The notes beneath the pieces were generated by a model. The model saw only the letters and a list, made by a program, of their open reading frames with translations. It was not told the DNA's origin and ran no database searches. The position numbers were made by a program, and so were the translations under genes. Positions 39,495-48,025 of a DNA stretch of 48,025 nt are shown here, piece after piece; the first letter of the stretch is position 1; every line of letters starts with the position of its first letter. This stretch comes from Octopus bimaculoides (Eukaryota): the NCBI RefSeq assembly GCF_001194135.2, contig NC_068982.1:21123256-21171280 (forward strand), given 5' to 3'.

Positions 39495-39670
39495 TTTTCA
39501 CTTCTTCACTTGTTTCTGTCATTTGACTCTGTCCATGCTGGAGCACAACCTTGAACTTTTTGGGCGGAACAAATCGACCTCAGGACTTTTTTTAAAGTCC
39601 TAATGCTTCTTCTATCGGACTCTTTGGCTGAACCGCTACCTCACAGAGACGTAAACATACCAACACGCAC
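39495..39670 (-). mobile_element. SINE family A, 3' half
   Basis: acttgtttctgtcatttgact..catgctggagcac..gctgaaccgcta..gacgtaaacataccaacac. Confidence 0.85.
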
Positions 39671-39792
39671 TCGNNNNNNNNNNNNNNNNNNNNNNNNNNN
39701 NNNNNNNNNNNNNNNNNNNNNNNNNNNNNNNNNNNNNNNNNNNNNNNNNNNNNNNNNNNNNNNNNNNNNNNNNNNNNNNNNNNNNNNNNNNN

Positions 39793-39827
<35 letters not shown>

Positions 39828-40069
39828 GAAGAGTTACGAAATGGAGTCGGGAAACTCCGGGCCACATATTTTTCACACCGTGTGGAACCCCAGAAATGGT
39901 AAAACCCCCTTGCGCTGTGTATCGCCGGCTATTCTTCAAGCGAAGGCTATATTGAATAAATTAGAAGCCTACCGTTGAATATAAAAAGTGTTCTTTTTCT
40001 GGTCATCTTTCTTCCATAACGAAAAATGATCCGCAATCTACTGTCTCAATAAACCACTAGTCTTCTTGA

Positions 40070-40190
40070 AAGATGCAGTTGGTCGGTCCGAGTGTATACA
40101 ACATCACTTGATCAAGGTGCCACGCAGTAGGACTGAACATGTAACCATAAGGTTGAGAAGGAAGTTTCTTACCATACAGACACGCCTGTG
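40070..40190 (-). mobile_element. SINE family A, 5' head (possibly the same copy as 39495-39670, split by a ~250-bp insertion)
   Basis: ttggtcggtccgag..caaggtgccacgcagtaggactgaac..ttcttaccatacag. Confidence 0.8.
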
Positions 40191-40194
40191 AATA

Positions 40195-40230
<36 letters not shown>

Positions 40231-40899
40231 CATACATACATACATTCATATATATGCACACATACTTATGTGTGTAAGCGTGCATGTGCATTTCGGTAGA
40301 GTTTGTTGACAGAAGTCAGAGTGGGATGTCGAGCAAGCTCTTTCACGAAACTCTACTGACATCTAACAATTGCAGCTGGATCATGCAGTGTTAGTTTTCT
40401 CATTCTTCTTTCTGTGGTTCCTCATTTATTTTACCAGTCACGTACAAATTTGGGTGCTTTACTTCTGTCACTGATAAATGCTTATACCACGACGTGCAGA
40501 GTGTTTTGGTGAATATTATCGTAACACCTTACGACTACCAAATGGAACCGTCTTTAAGTAAGAAGCTAGCAATATCTTAATTGAAGTTTTTTCAGACTTT
40601 AGAAACTTAGGTACATGTGCTGAAACACCATAATTAGAGACTAAAGAAAGGAACAATTAATGATTGACGAACTAAAATACTACATTATTCGCAGCTATAA
40701 ATTCATGGAATTTATAACTGAATTGTGTTTCATTTTCTTCACAGTAAATATATTATTAGTGAAACAATTTCTAAGATTATCTGAATATTAAGTGAAAATT
40801 CTTTATCAATGTTGAATATATTGTTTGCTAAATATATATTTGTGAAAGAGGCATTAATATTATTGAGAAGTAAAGTTTATGCCCACTTATACGTCGGTA

Positions 40900-42357
40900 T
40901 TCTCTTAGCACAAACTATGGTGCAAAAGGCACTCTTCTTTACATCACTAGCGGTCGAGATAAACCCTCTCACACATGTAATGGAGGTTGTTACTGGAGTC
41001 GAGAAAAGCCAATTACAAAATGAAATTGTTTCTATGTAGTCGCTCTCGGTGGCTCTGGAAAAAACATATATTTTAAATATGTTACAGCGTCATCTTAATG
41101 CTAACGGAATTACTGTAAGCATGGCAGCTTGGACAGGTATCGCTGCTACATTATTGACAAATGGCAAAACTATTCACATCATATTTAAGTCACCAGTGCC
41201 ACTTACAGAAAATAGTGTTTGCAATGAACCACCAAATTCAGAACACGCTATCGAACTTAGATTCATACAGGCTTTTATAGCAGGTGAAGCATCAATGATT
41301 CCCAGTTGTGCTTTAAACGTCATAAATAGGTGCCTAAAAGACATAATGGTAAATATGCAGTCTTTGGGAAAAAAATAATTCTGCTTTGAGGCGATTTTAG
41401 ACAAAATCTTCCAATTGTTCCCCAGCTCTCCCAGCAGCTATCATTGATGCATGCATTAAAAGATCACATTTATGGCATCAATTTCACCACCTTAGGTTAA
41501 CTCGTAACATGAGGGTAGATGTTAATGTGCAAGAATTTTCTAATTCACTTGGCAATGGTTCTCTAAACAGTGTACTCCAGGATGTTCCACTACATAATGT
41601 TGACGTACCTACTGCTTCCTGCTATCAAACATCACTTATTCCAAAAAATTTCAAAAACAGGACACCAGAAGAAATGGAAAAACGAGTAACTTTATCTCCT
41701 AAAAATTCTGACTGTCTTACAATAAATGAAAAAGTTCTTAATATTATACCAGTAGCACTTAAAACGTACTTAACCATGGATTCGGTGTTCTGCAATAATG
41801 AAGAGGAAGTTCAGAACTATCCATTTGAATTCATAAACCCACTTACTCCATCCAGTATGCCTCTTCATTGTCTCAACTCAAAAGTAGAGGCTATTATAAT
41901 GCTGCTAAGAAATTTTTCGATCAGTCCAGGATTATGTAATGGCACTCGTATGAAAGTGCAAAGACTTCATGGACATTGTGTAGAGGCATCTTTGGTAACA
42001 GGCTCCAACAGAGGTCGTACATTTCTAATTCCCAGAACTAAACTTATCCCAAGTGATTGCAAATATTCCAGTCACACTAAACAGACTTCAGTTTCCATTT
42101 CGACTTGCGTATTCAATGACAATTAATAAGGCTCAAGGGCAAACATTTGATAAAAGTTGGAATGCATTTGCTTCAACCGGTATTTTCTCATGGCCAATTA
42201 AATGTCGAATTTTCAAGAGCACGAGCTATGAACTATATCAAAGTATGAGTTATGACACTCAATCGGGGTAACAGACAAAGACAAAAGAGTGGTTGGACTT
42301 ACACACAAAACATTGTTTAACATGAAGCACTGTGCGGAAGACCACCGTACCAGCTAG
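40900..42357 (+). mobile_element. Helitron RepHel relic: PIF1-family helicase domain plus candidate 3' end
   Basis: Ordered motifs: GGSGK(T) with +1 frameshift near 41047-41066, AWTGIAATLL, GKTIH, EASM, GDFRQ (41390), LTRNMR, IIMLLRN..GLCNGTR, QFPFRLAYSMTINKAQGQT, VFSHGQL; hairpin 42332-42350 and CTAG 42354-42357. Confidence 0.92.
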
Positions 42358-42530
42358 CATCCCCAGCACACCAGCCGCTCCATCATTACATATTCACATT
42401 ACACATTTAAGATCGGGGAACCAGTGAGGGGCCTGCTGGATCTCTCTCGGTATACCAGAAAACCACAAAATCGCACCAGCCAGTGTCACCACTACATCCC
42501 AGTCCGTAATATATATATTAAGACTAACGA

Positions 42531-42582
42531 GTGTTACTCCAGCATGGCCACCATCAAATGACTGAAACAAGTAGAAGAATAA
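42531..42582 (+). mobile_element. SINE family A 3' tail fragment
   Basis: ctccagcatggccaccatcaaatgactgaaacaagtagaagaat. Confidence 0.8.
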
Positions 42583-42764
42583 AAAAAAGTACCAGAAAAA
42601 ACGTTTTGTACCACTGAACCAAGAAGGTCCTTCGAATATATACGATGTATTTTAAGGTTAAATAGTAATTTTGTTTACGTGTGCGTAACAGATATTTTCG
42701 TTGGATTATTTAGTCATTGGTGTTACTTTAACTTCTCTATTCTGTAACTGTCACATTATACTTT

Positions 42765-42950
42765 TCTAAGCCTGAAATTTTTGTAGGGTTGGAGCCAGTT
42801 GATTAGATCGACACCAGTACACAACTGGTACTCAATTTATTGAAACTGAAAGGACGGAAGGCAAAGTCGAACTCGGCATAAATTTGTTCTCAGAACATGA
42901 AGACAGTCGGGCATATTATACAAACATTTCTCATGGCACCAAGTAGACTG
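42765..42950 (-). mobile_element. SINE family B copy
   Basis: gagccagttgattagatcgacaccagtacacaactggtactcaatttattg..aaggcaaagtcgaactcggc; homologous to 4446-4636. Confidence 0.85.
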
Positions 42951-44285
42951 TTTACAAACGCTTACAATTTTTTGTTTTCCGTGAATTTTTCACGGGCCCA
43001 GCTAGTTATTATTATTATATTTAGGGCTTTCTTGAAACTGGACTCTGGGTCTTTCGAATTAATAGGAGCGCCATCTGCATGCTACGGGCCATGCTATGTG
43101 TCACCGTCGACTACATTTTGGTTTCCTAATGTTCTTAATATCTCTCTCTCTCTCTGTACACACACACACACACACANNNNNNNNNNNNNNNNNNNNNNNN
43201 NNNNNNNNNNNNNNNNNNNNNNNNNNNNNNNNNNNNNNNNNNNNNNNNNNNNNNNNNNNNNNNNNNNNNNNNNNNNNNNNNNNNNNNNNNNNNNNNNNNN
43301 NNNNNNNNNNNNNNNNNNNNNNNNNNNNNNNNNNNNNNNNNNNNNNNNNNNNNNNNNNNNNNNNNNNNNNNNNNNNNNNNNNNNNNNNNNNNNNNNNNNN
43401 NNNNNNNNNNNNNNNNNNNNNNNNNNNNNNNNNNNNNNNNNNNNNNNNNNNNNNNNNNNNNNNNNNNNNNNNNNNNNNNNNNNNNNNNNNNNNNNNNNNN
43501 NNNNNTATATATATATATATATATATATATCCGATTCACTCTCTATCATAATATCTTGCCAAACAAATGATAAATTGATAAATTAGAAGATACCGGAGAA
43601 AATGCAGTCTTGGAAAATGTATTTACGGAAAATTTGCAGTCAAGGAAGAGAAAAAGAATTAAAGTTTTAATTCGTAATTAGGTAGACTTTCCCGCCGGCT
43701 GCTTTGAATTGGCAACAAGTTTTATTTAAAGATAGATAAGACGAATATAGTATATGATGCCATAATATATCATACAGTAGAAAGAAATAAAAAAAATCAA
43801 CAGTGAAGTAGATGCAAACAGCAACAATTACCAATGAGTGAAGAAATAAAGAAGACCAAAAAGTCTGAGAAATCGAATATTATTTGAAGTAGTTCAGCCT
43901 AATATATTTACAGAAACTTACGAAATGAAATTTAAAGTCAAACATAACATATTTTGAAATTAACTAATTTACAAGCTCAGAAAATATCATTAACATTTAT
44001 AAGTTTAATTACAGAGGAAATGTTCAGGCACTGGCAGAAATGAGACAAATTTTAGATAAAATTTGCAGTCTCAGATATTTATGATGACAAATTAGAAGCA
44101 AGATACAAGGCATAACATTGGAGTAAGAAGAATAACATGTCATTGTTTACGATTCACGTAGAAAACCGACCGATTCAAAGGGAGGGATCTGAGTCGATAA
44201 TATCTGTTTGAGTTTTAATTTGGGCACAAATCTAGCAATTTTGGAGAAGTTAAGTCGATTTTATCGACCTCTGTGATTTCGATTT

Positions 44286-44600
44286 CAGTCCCAATATGAT
44301 GCATTTGGGGTAAGCGTCGACTGCTACAGTCGCCGGCCAACTAAAGCCTTTTTATTGAATTTTGTTGATGGAAACTGAAAGACGACCGTCGTAAACAACT
44401 TATGTGTGTGTGTGTTTGCTTTGTCTTTGTATTTGATCCCAATCACAGCTTCACAACTGGTATTTTTGTTTACGGCCCTGTAAGCTAACGGTTCCGCAAA
44501 AATATAGTGATGGAATGTGAATCAGACTATAAAAGAAAATAGATTCAATGTTTTGCTCTAGCATGGCTGCAATCGAATGACTGAAGCAAGTAAAGAGATA
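44286..44600 (+). mobile_element. SINE family A, old diverged copy
   Basis: cagtccc..ctaaagcc..gatggaaactgaaagacgaccgtcgt..gtaagctaacggttccgcaaaa..tagcatggctgcaatcgaatgactgaagcaagtaaagag. Confidence 0.8.
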
Positions 44601-46137
44601 AAATATATACTTATTTTTTATATCTATAAATAAATCTAGAAACGAAATGTTGCAGTATTTTATATTTGCAAAGTGTAATAATGGAGTATTTATTACATGA
44701 AAAAAATACGAAAATGACGAATACAAATATTAAAAGTTGAAGTCTATAATATAAGTGTAGGTTAATGTAAAGAAATGCGGAATAAAATGTTATTACTAAA
44801 TTAAAGTAGAAAATGGATAAATGCGTAAAGGAAATATTAAAACTATTAAAATGTCAGAGAATTTAGTAAGAAATATATTTAAAAAAAATTTGATTATAAT
44901 TCATCCAGAGACACGAATAGAATAATTTTTCAATACAAGTTGTTTAAAGACATTATCTCTGACATAATTGATTTGCCGCAAACTGAATCTTTCTCGCCTA
45001 TATTTAATCATTATTACTAATACTACATTAACGTTAGTCACGTTCTGCCTTTTGTGTGATTTACACATATTTGACAAATATACTAAATGGTGTTTTAGCT
45101 TATATATTGCATATATAACAAGCAATGCAAATGATAGTTGAACAGATGAATGCGTGTCGAATTTTCTAACACTTGTTTTTCAATTTATGCATTGATGAAG
45201 GCTTAACTAAACTTTTAGAATTAAGTAATATTTTTACTTACATCTGAATATTATTGCCACACATTACCACCCTGGTATCCTTCCTTAATCCGTTCTGTAA
45301 TCAGTTACAGAAAACTAGTTGTAATGATATTATCGAGTTAAAATTTCCCTGGATGTTTTTTTTTTCTGATTTTCCCCAGGGATTTTCAGATTATTTCTTT
45401 CACAGCTGTTTCTTCATTTCTTTTCGTTCTATTTCTTTCTTTTTTTTTCAATATACCCTTTATTTTCTCCTTTGGATTGATAAAATATGCTTTGATATAC
45501 GAACGTTAAACATTTCCGAGCTCATTTCAACGGAAATAAGTATCATTTTTATCGTTCAAGAACTTCAATGTGACTTTAAAATAGAATCTGCATAGAATTA
45601 TTGACATGATATAAAAGAAGATTGAAGAGGCTGACAAGCAGTATATCATCCATGGATTTCGTCGGTAGAGAAACGATTAGATCAACGGAAACGTTGCAAC
45701 GCAGAATCAGAATATATTTTCACCAACCTGAAGTGTACATTACTGTCAAAGCATATATGAAATGAAGAAAAAAAGATATTTCCCAAAATCTTAATATTTC
45801 TCATCGCCTGATCTCCTAAGTCTTATTTAAGTAAAACATAGATTCGGTAACAAATTCGCACCATCTTTGGTTTTGTGAGCATATACCTCTTTTACACAGT
45901 TCCTCTTTTCCACACTATGAGATCAAAAGTTATTGCTGAGAGTCCTGAATTTGCGTCGTAGAAGTGGGAAGAGTTGCTGCGTAGGAGGATTCCACGTTCT
46001 ACAATGATTCTAAATAGAGAATGTATAAGTACATAAAGATATATCTCTTATCTTCTACCATTTAATTGTTTCAGACATTAAAGTGCGGTCCTTCTTGGGG
46101 CACCGCCTTTGATATATATNNNNNNNNNNTATATACA

Positions 46138-46833
46138 TATATAAGTTTACAGGCCAGTCATGGTTAATAACAATTAATTTATTTGTCAAATTTTCAGCAT
46201 CATCTCCTTTGAAACAGTCACCCTGCGCAGCAAGATACCGATCTCACACTTTTGGGATCTGGCCTGGAAGTCGATTTCTGTAAACGAATAGAGGACCTTT
46301 TGCGACTGGCAGTCCGCTGCTGCTAAATCTAGGTAATAGGGTGTGTGCGGAAACGATACCATGGTGTTTTGGGCGAGGAATTCAGGAGTGTGGAAAACTC
46401 GCAGACAGGAAGCATTATCGTCGTGAAGAATGCAATGCTTGGCGCCTCACAGGTACGGTTAATCCAGCAGAAATCAAAAATTCCATGCGGATGGTCCCCA
46501 ATGAGCTGCGGCTCTGGCGTGCGCCCGCGCCACTCGATACTGCGTGCGACACATTACTTTGCTGTTCTAAGCTTGCTGAATCATGCTCGGTGTCTTTGTA
46601 GCAGACTTACCAAGTTTAACGCAAAATTTCACGTTGGTTCTTTGTTCCAACTTCCTGTCCATGAACAACATCACAGACTGCAGCAGAGACATGATCACAA
46701 AGACACAAATTTCACAACTTGTGAAGTAAACAAAGCGATGTCAGTCAGCACAATGTCTCATAAAGATCACTGCTAGCTCTAACTGTGCTGCCATCTGTTG
46801 GCGCTTAAGAACTAGTCCGAGAACTTCTTGATA
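46138..46833 (-). mobile_element. mariner (DD34D-type) element with a large internal deletion
   Basis: From ATG 46662 on minus: MDRKLEQRTNVKFCVKLGKSATKT..MIQQA, then directly ILHDDNA..EFLAQN..PHTPYYLDLAAAD and DRYLAAQGDCFKGD; TIR-like tatcaagaagttctcggactagt at 46833 with a degenerate partner near 46141-46158. Confidence 0.9.
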
Positions 46834-46956
46834 CAATTTTGTGTATATATGTATATGTATATATATATATGTATATATATATGTTTGTGTGTGTGTGTGT
46901 GTGTGTGTAAATCCATAAGTATGTATGTATATATGCATATGTATATGTATATACAC

Positions 46957-47120
46957 GCGCAAGAGCAGCTCCGTGGTAAGTACCTTGCTTACCAGCCACA
47001 CGGTTTCGGTTTCAGTCCCACTGCGTACCAACTTGGACAAGTGTCTTCTACTATAGCCTCGGGCCGACCAAAGAATTGTCAGTGGATATGGTAGACGGAA
47101 ACTGAAAGAACCCCTTCGTA

Positions 47121-47125
<5 letters not shown>
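46957..47125 (+). mobile_element. SINE family A, 5' half running into (TA)n and a gap
   Basis: gcgcaagagcag..gtggtaagtaccttgcttaccagccacacggtttcggtttcagtcccactgcg..tagacggaaactgaaagaacc. Confidence 0.9.
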
Positions 47126-47167
<42 letters not shown>

Positions 47168-47655
47168 NNNNNNNNNNNNNNNNNNNNNNNNNNNNNNNNN
47201 NNNNNNNNNNNNNNNNNNNNNNNNNNNNNNNNNNNNNNNNNNNNNNNNNNNNNNNNNNNNNNNNNNNNNNNNNNNNNNNNNNNNNNNNNNNNNNNNNNNN
47301 NNNNNNNNNNNNNNNNNNNNNNNNNNNNNNNNNNNNNNNNNNNNNNNNNNNNNNNNNNNNNNNNNNNNNNNNNNNNNNNNNNNNNNNNNNNNNNNNNNNN
47401 NNNNNNNNNNNNNNNNNNNNNNNNNNNNNNNNNNNNNNNNNNNNNNNNNNNNNNNNNNNNNNNNNNNNNNNNNNNNNNNNNNNNNNNNNNNNNNNNNNNN
47501 NNNNNNNNNNNNNNNNNNNNNNNNNNNNNNNNNNNNNNNNNNNNNNNNNNNNNNNNNNNNNNNNNNNNNNNNNNNNNNNNNNNNNNNNNNNNNNNNNNNN
47601 NNNNNNNNNNNNNNNNNNNNNNNNNNNNNNNNNNNNNNNNNNNNNNNNNNNNNNN

Positions 47656-47694
47656 TATATATATATATATATATATAGATAGATAGATAGATAT

Positions 47695-47743
<49 letters not shown>

Positions 47744-47757
47744 CAGATAGATAGATA
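47656..47757. repeat. (TA)n/(GATA)n microsatellite
   Basis: Direct reading. Confidence 0.95.
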
Positions 47758-48025
47758 ACGCTTTGAATTGAGGCAGTTGTCTGTCAAAGAGAGAGTAAGA
47801 ATATTTGGGGAGAATGTCGGTGTCTACACATTTAACATTTATATATCTCTATATATTGAAGCGCAGATTTGCTCCTATAAATATATGTTTCTAACTTCAA
47901 AGGCACTTAAAAAAGTGTGTGTGTAGTTCGATACATACAGTTACACACACTCACTCATACATACACACACGTACGCATATAAACACACACACGATCATAT
48001 ATATATATATTTACATATATATATA

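Noticed and set aside
45640-46000. SSPDL-like peptide suggesting another Tc1 relic
   Set aside because: Only one weak motif; flanking catalytic motifs not convincing.

Overview
AT-rich eukaryotic DNA (not prokaryotic), saturated with (TA)n, (CA)n, (GA)n and (GATA)n microsatellites and with many N gaps beside them, typical of a short-read animal assembly. The two dispersed tRNA-headed SINE families match my recollection of octopus SINE consensus sequences, so the source is probably an octopod cephalopod (inference). I can support no intact protein-coding gene. The window reads as intronic or intergenic DNA full of dead transposons: a FLYWCH/MULE transposase relic (7.1-8.1 kb), a Penelope-like GIY-YIG relic (10.4-10.9 kb, minus), a Tc3-like transposase (12.3-13.2 kb, minus), a pogo/Tigger-like MITE (28.0-28.25 kb), a Tx1/L1-clade LINE ORF2 relic (35.6-37.3 kb), a Helitron PIF1 helicase relic (40.9-42.36 kb), an internally deleted mariner (46.1-46.8 kb, minus) and about 14 SINE pieces. 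Signals these do not explain: (1) a convergently oriented paralogous pair at about 3.5-4.1 kb (+) and 20.3-20.9 kb (-), with a 96-bp non-coding core at 87/96 identity; (2) a near-perfect 70-nt hairpin at 34598-34667 downstream of a signal-peptide-like short ORF; (3) an unassigned, largely open minus-strand stretch at 24.3-25.0 kb; (4) several isolated candidate exons. None of this establishes a new biological system; these are leads only. All alignments were done by eye.
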